From Tubiluchus corallicola (Eukaryota; Animalia; Priapulida): a stretch of DNA of 64,000 nt. The notes under the pieces were generated by a model. The model saw nothing but the letters and a program-made list of their open reading frames with translations. It ran no database searches and was not told the DNA's origin. Position 1 is the stretch's first letter. Every line of letters begins with the position of its first letter. The translations under genes were made by a program, and so were the position numbers. Positions 15,401-26,726 of this stretch are shown one piece after another. The stretch lies in the NCBI GenBank assembly GCA_030141605.1, contig JAQGDQ010000123.1, positions 62,001 through 126,000 on the forward strand, written 5' to 3'.

Positions 15401-18400
15401 AGTTCGGCATCATTCTTCAACCATATGCTAGAAATAAATAATATAACAACTCACACGTGTAATTTCATAGGTTCTAAGATAAGCCATATTGCCAAAATCA
15501 TATATTGACTATCAAGTAAAAAGAAAATGTGAGATATCTTAACAGCTTTGAAGAATATCAAGTGGCTAAAAGCATAAAACTAACTGACGAAGGTGCATAA
15601 ATGTGAGGATATAATAGAATATGTTACATAATACCACAATAAAACAAAATTAAAACAGCAATACGGCATTATTTTGAAATTATGATTAAGTTTTAACGAT
15701 AAACACTTATTAAACTGCAACAGTACAAAGCAGTCTGACCACATTAAACTCTAAGGCTAGTTAGCTACTTAACTCTACTGAGTACAAAACGATACGTGTA
15801 CATTTGGTAATAACTTGTCCAAGGTAGTCCCCATTAAAAGAAATAATGCACATAAATTATAAACAATTAACAAATCAGAAATTCACAAAGGCCAAAAAAT
15901 GAAAGACTGTATGGTTCAAAATGTGAGGAAGGAAGGGTTTGCAACTTAAAAAGAGTTTTGTTTTGCAATGTGTTACATGTTTTGCAACCCGTACATTTCT
16001 TAACCCTTTACATAAGCAGCACCAAGTGTATAGCGGTGATGTAGCTTATTCCTTGCATATTAATTTTAGCTGATTTGTTTAGCAACATGTAGTAAGAAGG
16101 TGTAGAGTAACAGAAAGAATACAAACAGAATGTAATTGTGACTTTTAACAGTACAGATGATTCATTTAATTTTGAGCCAGAAACATTTACAAAAATAATC
16201 ACCAACATAATAAATTTGTTCCCGTAACAATCTCGCTACAATATTATTGTATAGTACTAATATAATAAAAAGTGTGGCTAAGGAGTGCTTATTATCATTA
16301 TTTGAAGTAACAAACAAATGAAGTAACAAATCATTATTACTTCATTTGTTTTGTGTATTTATATGTTTGACTTAGTGTACTATGTGTGTAAGCATGTGTG
16401 TGCACGTGCATGCATGCATGTGTGAGAAATGCTGAATTGGTGTCAGTAAACTACTACAACTACTGAGTATTTTGGCAAATGGCATTGTTTCATTATAAAT
16501 ATTCATTATAAACTTTTAAGTGCCATGCCAGGCTTGAAAAAAGGATAGAGTTATACTAATATAGGTAATGGAGAAGACGAGGCTTTAATGAGAAAATATA
16601 GGTAATTAAATGTAAAAGGAGATATCACTAATTATTCTTTAAAGTTGATTTATTGCAATAATGTAAATAAGAGTAGATCTAATGGTTCGTTCAGACTGGC
16701 GAGTTTTCTTGTCAACTAACTCGCAAGTGTGTTCAGACTAGAGTGCAAAATTTGTTGCGAGTTACTCTCCGAAACTCACTTCCCTGTTCACCGAGAGAAG
16801 TGTAGAGAGTAACTTGCCGAGGGATTCACACTAGACAGTAACAGGAGAGTTTGAAATTTCTTGCCAACATTAACTCACAAAGCAGTTCATACTTGCGAGT
16901 TTGCTGTCAGGCAAAAGGCTGCCGACGTAAAACATGCCTGTCTGAATACGTCTGGTAAGACAAAATTATGTCAAACAACAAAACACAATAAAACTGCTGC
17001 CAAATGATATTTGATTGATTTAAAGCAATTATTATTACTAATAGTTTCAATGGTTTCTAAACGTTGCCCCCAGTTTTGTCTCAAGTAACACCATAGTTCA
17101 CACAAGTAACACTGGTAACTAGTTCACATAAGCAATCACATTTACTTTCATTTGCGATATTGTTGCACAGTACACACATATTAACACTGCCTTTACTATA
17201 ACATAAGACGTCCAACTTCTGAAGTCCCTTGATGTGGTGCTGACAGCACAGCTGCTGGAAATGTGAAAGCTTTTTATCTCTTCTCCATGTAGCATGCTTG
17301 CTCTCACAGCATGTCTAGACTAGCGAGTTTTCTCGACAAGTAAACTCACCAAGTAATTCGCAAGCATGTTCAAACTAAACAGCAAAACTTGCTGAGAGTT
17401 ACTCCGACAATAAACGCAAGCTGACATTTCCTTTTCTATTCACTGCGAGCAGTGTAGAGAATAACTTGCCTAAGCATTCACACTAGACGGTAAATCGCAA
17501 AAAATCAACATGCAGTAACCGTTGGGGAATTTGCAATAACTTGTCGACAGTAACTTACAAGCAGTTCACACTTGCGAGAGAAAATTCATTAAACTGAACG
17601 TGCCGTTACAATATGCACTGCTCTTGACCAGGAGCTGAATGTCTCGATCTTGAAGTTTCAAGTCTGCAATTCTCACTACAGCACACTCTTCTATATTATC
17701 TTGAAATTCCTTCTTCGTTGAACTTTGCGCATTACAGATGCTTTTGTCTTTGCAACACCAGTTGAAGTTTCTCCGTTTAATAAGGGTGGTACACTTCACA
17801 TCTGTTTCCATGGTACAATCACTTTTCATATTTCACAATTCTTGCAAAATCTATTTGTTCTTTATGCGAGCTCAGAATTTCTTCCACATGGTAATCTGCT
17901 TGATCAAATACTTTAAAGAATATCCTGTAGTCACCAACTAAGTCAGACAACAACCGTGTTCAATGCTGTCTCATTAATATAGGACTGTTTTCGTGGTAGC
18001 ATACTTGAAGCAACAATTGACTGCTCTCCACATTCTCCACAAAAACATCACATTCAATCCATTACAAACTTACCAGTAGTTTGCTAAAAACTTGATAATT
18101 CAATAAGTATAGAGACAATTTCCATTGGGGAAGAAAGATTATAAAGATCTACAAGGAAAGGAATACAAGCTAGTCCAATGAACAAAAGATTGCACAAGTT
18201 TTAATCTTTATGTACAACAACAGCTTATTTAGGCAAAAACAGATTATAGCAAACAGGGCAACCTTTTGCCAAGTGACAAGGCTTTATTAATAGCCGATGT
18301 TTTACATAAGCGCATTTGTGCTGTCTTACAATCATTTATCTGTACCAACAGACATCAAAATCAGTTGCTAAAACAATTAGGTTATCACAGCACTAATATT

Positions 18401-21400
18401 TTGTCTAACTCAACAACTATAACTGTCGCAAAGCACAAACAGCGACCGACCACTTTGCACATTACGCAACTAGTCATTGCACTCAAATCACAACTAGGGA
18501 ACTACTGTATCGATTTTCGACACATGGCTGTTACTAAGTGGTACAAGATACAGGAAATATGAAGTAAAGACTTTCTCCACTAATTGTGCACTGATGCAAC
18601 AGCAAATCTTCCACCTACAATGAGAAAAATCTTGCAAAATACAAGGATTTTTCCTGGTATTACCCCTACCACAGCTGTGACCCTGATACCCTTTATAACA
18701 ACACATTTCATACACAATCTGAGCCAGTCTCACTCACTCACTTACAGATATACTAATCAACAAGTAATACTTACTTGCAACTCCAGCAGCGAAACAGACA
18801 GTCACCATACGTTTGGTCAGCCGTCACAAAATGAAGTAAGGATTTTGAAATGTTACTGACCTGAAAGACTGAGCCAATCCATCCACTTGTGGAGGCGGAG
18901 GCATCGTTGCACTAGCCGCTTGTACAGGAGGTGGCATAGGAATCTGCAAATCCATGAGAGGCACTGGTGCTGAGGGAACAATACCACATGGAACTGGCGG
19001 CTGAGCCTCCACGGAAGGGATCCAAGAAGAAAATCCACTAACAGATGACTGCTGCAATGGGAGGTCCTCAGATGTATTAGGAAGCCATGAGGAGACTCCC
19101 CTAACAGATGACTGCTGCCTTGAGAGGTCCTCAGATGCATTAGGAAGCCATGAGGAAACTCCCCTAACAGATGACTGCTGCATTGGGAGGTCCTCAGACG
19201 TATTAGGAAGCCATGAGGAAACTTCCCTAGCAGATGACTGCTGCATTGGGAGGTCCTCAGACGTATTAGGAAGCCATGAGGAGACTCCCCTAACAGGTGA
19301 CTGCTGCATTGGGAGGTCCTCAGATGTATTAGGAAGCCATGATGAGAGTCCCCTAACAGATGAATGCTGCACTGAGACGTCCTCAGACGTATTACGAAAC
19401 CATGGGGAGACTCCCTTAGCAGATGACTGCTGCAATGGCAGGTCCTCAGATGTATTAGGAAGCCATGAGGAAACTCCCCTAACAGATGACTGCTGCCTTG
19501 AGAGGTCCTCAGATGCATTAGGAAGCCATGAGGAGACTCCCCTGACAGATGACTGCTGCATTGGGAGGTCCTCAGATGTATTAGGAAGCCATGATGAGAG
19601 TCCCCTAACAGATGAATGCTGCACTGAGACGTCCTCAGACGTATTACGAAACCATGGGGAGAATTCCTTAGCAGATGACTGCTGCAATGGCAAGTCCTCA
19701 GCTGTATTAGGAAGCCATGAGGAAACTCCCCTAACAGATGACTGCTGCCTTGAGAGGTCCTCAGATGCATTAGGAAGCCATGAGGAGACTCCCCTAGCAG
19801 ATGACTGCTGCATTGAGAGGTCCTCAGACATATTAGGAAGCCATGACGAGACTCCCCTAACAGATGACTGCTGCCTTGAGAGGTCCTCAGATGCATTAGG
19901 AAGCCATAAGGAGACTTCCCTAGCAGATGACTGCTGCATTGAGAGGTCCTCAGACGTATTAGGAAGCCATGAGGAGACTCCCCTAACAGAGGACTGCTGC
20001 CTTGGGAGGTCCTCAGACGTATTAGGGAGCAATGAGGAGACTCCCCTAACAGATGACTGCTGCCTTGAGAGGTCCTCAGATGTATTAGGAAGCCATGAGG
20101 AAACTCTCCTAACAGATGACTGCTGCATTGAGAGGTCCTCAGATCTATTAGGAAGCCATGAGGAGACTCCCCTAGCAGATGACTGCTGCATTGGGAGGTC
20201 CTCAGATGTATTAGGAAGCCATGCGGAAACTCCCCTAACAGATGACTGCTGCATTGAGAGGTTCTCAGATGCATCAAGGAGCCACGAAGAGGATCCGCTG
20301 ACAGACGATTGTTGCATTAAGAGGTCCTTAGACGTATTAGGAAGCCAGGAAGAGAATCCACTAACAGATGACGGTTGGACTGTTGTGTCCGCAGACATAG
20401 CAGGAACAGGAGCTGGCTCCATCTGATCATGATTTTCTGATCGAGAAACGTACAAAGGAACCTGACTCGATGCAAATTGCTGTTCCGATCTCGGTGTGCT
20501 AAATGTGTTGACTACAGACCTAATGTCGTCCCAAAATTTATCAACATGCGGCACTTGTTCCGCAGAACCATCCTGTGAACTCTGTGTCTTGCTGACTACA
20601 GCTCTGATGTTGTCCCAAAACTGATCAACTGTCACAGCAGGTTGTTCCACATTTTTGTCCTGTGAAGCCAACTGTAAATATTTTCTTGCACTATATTCGC
20701 TTTCGTGATGCGACTCCAAGATGGAAGCTCTCGTCGCCCCAAGTTGGGAGCTCCATTGTGGTAAGTGCTGACCTACACTGGCTATAACATCTGTGAAAGA
20801 CTTTTGTTGAACATGCCCATCCAGTTCCACTGGGATGGATTTGCTTCCTGGAAGTGGTTTTTGTTCTGCAACACCGGCTCGTGGGACATCCCATTTGGAT
20901 CGTCTTTGGCTTGAGACAGTCACATCCTTCTAAACAAAGAGTTAAAACATCAATACTAAAACAGTCAGACCAACCCATAAGGAGACTGGGTTTGACCTGG
21001 CATGTCATGTGTATAATTACTTTCTTGGTACAATTTGTACAAATGTGTACAATTTAGTCACTTACTTACTGTTAATAAGACACAGTGTAAAATGTACCTA
21101 CCTGAACAAATGTCTACCACATTTTCAAGGAAAACGATGAATATGGTAATTACCACATTCACAATTATTACACTAATAAAGTTCACATACTTTGTACACA
21201 TACTGCTTACAACTTTACACGTTAAATTTTGTACATACTTTCATATAGTTTACATAATCAATATTAATTGGTTACAAATTCTTCTTACAAATACAAGTCA
21301 AAATCTATTCACAAATCTTACGAAATGATAACTGTTACCAATAAAAATGCCAAGTTTACACATTTTTATCAGCACATTTATACTATAGATAGGTAACGAC

Positions 21401-22365
21401 ATGTTGTTCGTCCTTCATAGTCGAAGAGGACCATGTCTTCATTCTGACTTCGTAGGATGGGTACGGAGGTGGCTTATGAGCCCGATTCTTGCTGAGAACC
21501 TCCTCCTGCAATGAGGACACGAGAATGGTGTACCTTGAGAGGCATTGCGTTCTCTGTCTTTTCGAAGCTGTTTTCTCTCCTGCCTAACTTGGATGCACCT
21601 GGACTCATAGTTGGTCACTCCCGATTTGATGAGGGACCGGCAACGAGATCTCTCCTGTGCCACATCTTCCCAGGAGTCGACATCGATGTTGCATTCTTTC
21701 AGGCTGGCTTTGAGGGTGTCTTTGTATCTTTTATAGGTAACGACATATTGACTGTCTTTAAACCAACAGCTTTAGTAAACATCAATTTATGCAATACAAA
21801 AATGACAATAACTCACATTGTACACCACACACATTCTAGCATTTTAATCGTTAATGCTAAATTATTCATGTAACAATACAACAATGAACAGCATTGATAC
21901 TACAATATCGTATTAATAAGGCAAGGTAAACACTTTTACTACAACTGTACTACCTAGGCCTACACAATTTTTTACAACAATATTTTTAATATTTTTTGAA
22001 CATTTTCTATGTTCAAAAGTGCAGGCTAGAATAGTGCAGGCTGATAATTGCAGGCTAGAATATAAGCATCCAATATATTTAGCATTTTCTTTTATTAAAA
22101 ACAAAACATTGACATATGACCAAATTTTTGGTGCATTCTACTTTGAAACATCATAACGTAGTTTTAACTATGCCGAGTTATGGACGGTTTTCATTTGCAA
22201 ACTCCCATATAGATCTGTTCATACAAGAACAGCTAAAATAACTACAAGCAACTCCAGGTACTTTTAGGAGGACAATGTATTAACAATAGGTTCCTATCAA
22301 ATGATTATTTCAATACCTGCAATGTACTGGATTACCTTTTTGTTGCAGTTTTCCTCATGATCCAT
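1806..22365 (-). CDS. Gene C (3'-partial): zinc-finger protein with a large Trp/Ser repeat exon and >=4 spaced fingers
   Basis: Exons 22336-22365 (MDHEENCNKK), 18861-20929 and/or 18775-18860, 15359-15427, 13511-13642, 11540-11593, 10437-10490, 9458-9769, 7287-7346, 5320-5460, 4190-4241, 2307-2365, 1806-1868; phases are consistent. Fingers: CWSC-x12-H (degenerate), CSLC..HVISEH, CKLC..NLTHHFLSKH (BED-like), CAVCLKYFSSNRDLSSHTQTGEH. Could instead be a continuation of gene B (phase-0 compatible). Confidence 0.72.
2993..3460 (+). mobile_element. Gypsy-type LTR retrotransposon remnant forming a ~137-bp inverted repeat
   Basis: Arms 2993-3129 and 3323-3460 are near-perfect reverse complements. The spacer encodes RTRSGRRIQRPKFLNDYVT* (integrase C-terminal-like), followed by a purine tract AAAGGAAGAGGA and a TGT start. 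Confidence 0.7.
3646..4078 (+). mobile_element. Possible solo LTR
   Basis: TGTGAAAGT...ACTTTCACA inverted ends, internal TATAAA and AATAAA; no clear TSD. Confidence 0.35.
4769..5150. mobile_element. MITE family C
   Basis: TIR AAGCCTTTTCACAGTT/AAACTGTGATAAGGCTT with internal inverted GGTTAAGTGTACC/GGTACACTTAACC; further copies at ~13790-14130 and ~50985-51325. Confidence 0.7.
5320..5460 (-). CDS. Gene C internal exon
   Basis: TTTTCCAG acceptor; VEIEVKLKNKDPQLPPHIRALDWEDFQFDKIITWVMEKDPLPSGTE; phases fit both neighbours. Confidence 0.75.
5665..6038. mobile_element. piggyBac-type MITE
   Basis: TTAA|CCCTTTC...GAAAGGG|TTAA; homologous, in the opposite orientation, to 11991-12644. Confidence 0.7.
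6533..6836. repeat. 60-bp tandem repeat x5
   Basis: Unit CTGAAGCTGAGTCAGTTGCTACTACATCAGCTGACTCACACAGTAAATCAGCTAGCTCGG; copies are near-identical. Confidence 0.95.
7593..8310. mobile_element. Interspersed DNA-transposon-like repeat family F
   Basis: CAGTAGG..TAATAGACTCAC start and internal blocks shared with ~2804-2915 and ~56123-56680; ends approximate. Confidence 0.55.
9458..9769 (-). CDS. Gene C internal exon (acidic linker plus CKLC)
   Basis: CTTTAG acceptor; QKVDTTDSSEG...HEFMCKLCP; GTAAGC donor. Confidence 0.85.
9883..10050. repeat. (CT)n microsatellite
   Basis: Directly visible. Confidence 0.95.
10567..10921. mobile_element. MITE with ~95-bp terminal inverted repeats
   Basis: ATCTATGGTTAAGGCTGT..CCTATTTTGGCAAGGTTGCAA versus TTGCAACCTTGCCAAAATAGG..ACAGCCTTAACCATAGAT; TA flanks. 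Confidence 0.8.
11991..12644. mobile_element. piggyBac-type MITE containing a (GT)n tract
   Basis: TTAA TSD; TIR CCCTTTCACTAC/GTAGTGAAAGGG. Confidence 0.85.
13790..14130. mobile_element. MITE family C copy
   Basis: Homologous to 4769-5150. Confidence 0.7.
14945..15265. mobile_element. MITE family A copy
   Basis: TTCAGACTAG start; CTCTAGTCTGAAC block. Confidence 0.6.
16685..17580. mobile_element. Two MITE family A copies (~16685-16950 and ~17310-17580), reverse orientation
   Basis: Shared ATTCACACTAGAC and GCAGTTCA(C/T)ACTTGCGAG blocks. Confidence 0.55.
18775..18860 (-). CDS. Gene C 86-nt exon with CxxC half-finger
   Basis: VSNISKSLLHFVTADQTYGDCLFRCWSC, then phase-2 GTAAGT donor; completes C-x2-C-x12-H with exon 15359-15427. 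Confidence 0.7.
18861..20929 (-). CDS. Gene C 2069-nt exon with ~21.5 x 21-aa tandem repeat (QQSSVRGVSSWLPNTSEDLPM)
   Basis: TTTGTTTAG acceptor and a 699-aa ORF with non-repetitive flanks; ends at AG|GTCAGT or reads through to TGA at 18824. Confidence 0.8.
21403..21732 (-). mobile_element. 5'-truncated RTE-clade LINE insertion
   Basis: Encodes KRYKDTLKASLK...SWEDVAQERSRCR...FSCPHCRRRFSARIGLISHLRTH*, typical of an RTE ORF C-terminus; perfect 14-bp TSD ATAGGTAACGACAT (21389-21402, 21733-21746). Confidence 0.9.
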
Positions 22366-22408
22366 AGACCCAACTTAAGATTTAGTCTAGACAGTACAAT
22401 TTAACAAC

Positions 22409-22414
22409 TTTATT
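22409..22414 (-). terminator. Putative polyadenylation signal of gene B
   Basis: AATAAA on the minus strand ~245 nt after the gene B stop codon. Confidence 0.45.
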
Positions 22415-22659
22415 AATTACTGTTTTAATAAGTGCTGTCCCTCGCACACCTGTATCATTGCGCATGACTGTTGTGCAAAACCTCGATGTTCCATTTTGCA
22501 GGAACAACCTTCACAAGAATTTTCCGGAAGCACTGGCTGCTCCGCACATAACCGCCCACTTGTAACATTTCACCTGTTTGCTTATCTTGCTAATGATACA
22601 AACGTTTTCTTCAGCTGTTGCAGTAGATCTGTCATTTCCACTTGTCTACCATATCTACT

Positions 22660-25600
22660 TCAGAAGAAAGATGAAGTGTTCTCATCCTAACATTTTTGAA
22701 AAACTAAAACCACATCACACATGGCTACACTTGAAAAAATAGTCTGAATGACTAGTGGTACTAAATAAAAATCAGGTGGGAGAGAATACCGATCCTTGCC
22801 AAACACATACAGTGAATGCACAAAACCCGGTCAGCAAAAATGTTCTATAAAAACATCTTAATAACATGCTAAAACACATAATAAAACTGTGTGAACAACT
22901 TGTCACAGATATCATAAAAGATACAATCAGGGGCGTATCAAAACTTTATGATGCCCTAGGCTGATTGTTACGTCCTACCCATCTCTACTGTGAATTTATG
23001 GTTGCTCATGTAATGATTACTTTAATCAATTACTTGTGGTGTATTAGAAAAACTATTAACCTAGCTCCTACATGGTCATTATTAACTACACGTATTTGCA
23101 CAGGGCTTATACAGGCTGCACAACTGCTTTTTGTGTAATACCTTGCACTTGTTCGTTATGTGGCAATATAGAACCTGTGCTCAGTAACTGCCTGTGGTGT
23201 GTTATAAAACGTGCCCTTTACATGAATATGAAATTATACAGATTTCCAGGGAGAATATGAATTTTTTCTAAAACGTGACACCCCCAAACTTTGGCATCCT
23301 AGTCTATAGCCTAGTTAGCCTATTGATTAATATGCCCCTGGAAGCATTTCATAATTTTTGCTATTTTACTAAAATAACCTCAGCATAATAAATAGCATTG
23401 CTGTCAATTGTGAGAATAGCAATGGAATGAATATATACAAAAGCCAATGCAAATAAACAAAAAGTTGTCATTCTTACAAAAAATAAAATTTTAGTTCACA
23501 ATGTTGTAAACATGATAAATTTAATATTGATTTGAGCATTATACAATGCAATATATATATATATATTGGGTAGCAGGTAAGGTGATTAAGAAATACCAAA
23601 ATCAATTGGTACACCTGAGAAACACTTTGAGAAGGCTTCTACTAATTTACATTTTGCAAACACACAAGTTTTTTCGTAACCATGCTACTTACCGTCAGGA
23701 AGACAGAATAACTTTAGCCACAGACATTATCAGGTTAAACAGAGATTTGTTTATTGAAAGGAATATTAGCAGAACCATCAGAAACAAAAAAAATTACACA
23801 ACTCATTTACTATAAGACCCTGTAGGCCTGGTACATAGTAGGGAGAGCATTCTCTACCACAAAGCAAATTCGTAACTGTGACTTTCGAATTCGAATCGAA
23901 CCGAATTTCGTTATTTCGAATGTGAATTGAGTTTGAAGATTTTTGAACAAGTTTTTGAACCGCCAGTAAAAAGTGATCCTATGCATATTGCTCGATTTTG
24001 CTCTGCGATAAAGCCACTAATAATTTGTTTAAAAATTGTGCACAGAAATCATAGCTAAACTGTGCTAATTGCATGATATCTCAAACGTTTTAATGATAAA
24101 GAACGTATGAGGTCGAAGTGCTGATTTTCGAATCTATAATTTTAGGTTCGAATCGAATTTGAACTAAAAAAACTCATTCTAATCGAATTCAAATGTTTGA
24201 AGCTCACCCATAGTACAAATAATAAAGGGAAACAATAAAACAAAATTAAATAGGTACCATCAAATGAGCTCATATAAAAACTATTTGCATCACACGATTA
24301 GCTACTATCATAATTGCCAAGCTGTATAATATGCATGGACTATAAAAAATGTCAAACTTAAGTTATGATATGATTTGTATAACAACTTTACATGCTGAAA
24401 TAAAACCGTGATTGAATTGAGCTGAAAGTACTCAAAACGATTGAATTGCAACAAGATGATTTACCAAATGTAAGTAGAATCTTATCAAAGTCAAAAATAT
24501 GGTGAATTTTAACTACTTTAACTACTGATTTTTAATTACGTAATGGAATGACTGTATAAGTGCTGCTAATAGCACTACTATGCTAATTAAATACAATAGT
24601 AATGCTTTATAAAGAGGGGTGGCTGTTAGGTAACCATTAAGGTCTTTTGCCACCCCCGTCTCAGCAATAATAATAAATTGTGTGTAATTAAATAGTATAT
24701 TATATGTACCTGAAAATAGACAAATAAATAAAGTAAACAAAATCTTTATACTAAGAAGAGCCCCCACTTAGATCTCTGCACGAATATTTGACTGCAGGCC
24801 AAAAACTAATCGACAAGGTGGCAAAAAAACTACTCAACCAGTTCTCAGCAAACATCACCAATATGGTAATGGTTGCACGAGCCTGTGTCTATATGAACCA
24901 CACTTATCTAATTTATAATTTCAATAATACTGCACATTCATGTAAATGTAACAGAAACAGATTTAGTTTCTAAAACGTTTTTGTTTCGGTTAAAGAATAT
25001 CACTTACCACAACTAGTTTCTAAAAACGTTTTTGTTTTGGTTAAAGAATATCACTTACCACAACTAGTTTCTAAAAACGTTTTTGTTTCGGTTAAAGAAT
25101 ATCACTTACCATAACTAGTTTCTAAAACGTTTTTGTTTCGGTTAAAGAATATCACTTACCATAACTAATTTCTAAAAACGTTTTTGTTTCGGTTAAAGAA
25201 TATCACTTACCACAACTAGTTTCTAAAAACGTTTTCGTTTCGGTTAAAGAATATCACTTACCACAACTAGTTTCTAAAAACGTTTTTGTTTCGGTTAAAG
25301 AATATCACTTACCACAACTAGTTTCTAAAACGTTTTTGTTTCGGTCACTTACCACAACTAGTTTGTAAAAACGTTTTTGTTTCGGATAAAGAATATCACT
25401 TACCACAACTAATTTCTAAAAACGTTTTCTTTTCGGTTAAAGAATATCACTTACCACATCATGTGCTTGATCACTGATGTTGCCAAGGACATGGTCAACT
25501 ACAGGCTTTCCAGCTGCTCTAATGCTAAACACAGAAAAAATATGCCCTCGTACAAAAAGTACTTTAAGCAAGTTTTGAAAACAGAATGTTTTAATTAAAT

Positions 25601-26695
25601 AAATAAAATGCTTTTTAACTAAGTTTTGAAACTTGGCCGAAAACCAGATTCCAAGGCTAAACCACATGTGATTTAAACAGTAAAAAGTACTAGTGTTAGC
25701 AAAATTATCACATTGAGAATGAGTACAAGTATTCACATTTGACAGAAACTGTGAACACAAGTCCAGGTAGTCATACTTGCTTCAACATAAGTTAGACGTC
25801 ATCGTTTGCTCGCTTATACATTCTAAAACCTCGCACGCTCCACCTGTTGATGCCTAGCACACCTATCGACCACAACTGCCCACGATGCATCATCAAATAA
25901 CCTAGTGTACATATTCTAACTCCTCTATACAGAACCTGTTTCTCAAATTATCGTAACTTACCCAGAAACTGCCTTTACCATGACTGGTTTTGGTTTTTCT
26001 TTTTCTTGACTTGTCTCTCTAAAAACACAGACTTCATAAGAATGCATTAAAATCACAAAAAAAACAAATATCCTTGATTAACGACCCTATTAGGTAAAAA
26101 AGTTAAGCAATTAAAAAAACTCACAAATGAAAATAGTAATAGTAATAGTAAATTTATTTAGCTTCATAAGTTTAATAAATTAGTTATGATAGTAGCTAAG
26201 CAGAGGTGACGAAAGATCACATTCAGTGGCATATCTAATAGGGGCAGTAAGGTCGCAACCGCTCCCCCTGATCACATTTTTCAGAATTGGCACCTGCCTT
26301 ATTACTTTATTTGACCAGCCTGCCTCTCGTGTTTGTAAAAACAGCACACATTTATGCAACTCATTTGTCAAGGTTGACTGATTGAATCAAGAATCAAATT
26401 ATCCCCAAATCTTATTATTATAATATATTTTTGTCACACGCTGATACTGTCTATTGTGGCATAGACAAACATATAATTGCTTCACATATGTCACAGCAAC
26501 TTTTTTATGTGCTTACCATCCCCCTAACTCTAAAAGCTGCCTATTTGCCCCTGACCATACTCATCCAGACAGTCACATCTAATTGGATGCTAAAAACATT
26601 AATATCATGACAGCCGCAATTACATTATAATTATAATTATAGTTATAATTACATTAATTCAATAAAAATACAAACATGTTTATATGCATACATAC

Positions 26696-26726
<31 letters not shown>

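Noticed and set aside
18853-20277. 474-aa overlapping ORF in a second frame
   Set aside because: Confined to the 63-bp repeat, so most simply a by-product of a stop-free unit.
21439-21663. C2H2-containing ORF as a host exon
   Set aside because: It is the RTE LINE C-terminus bounded by a 14-bp TSD and lacks the host's split-finger structure.
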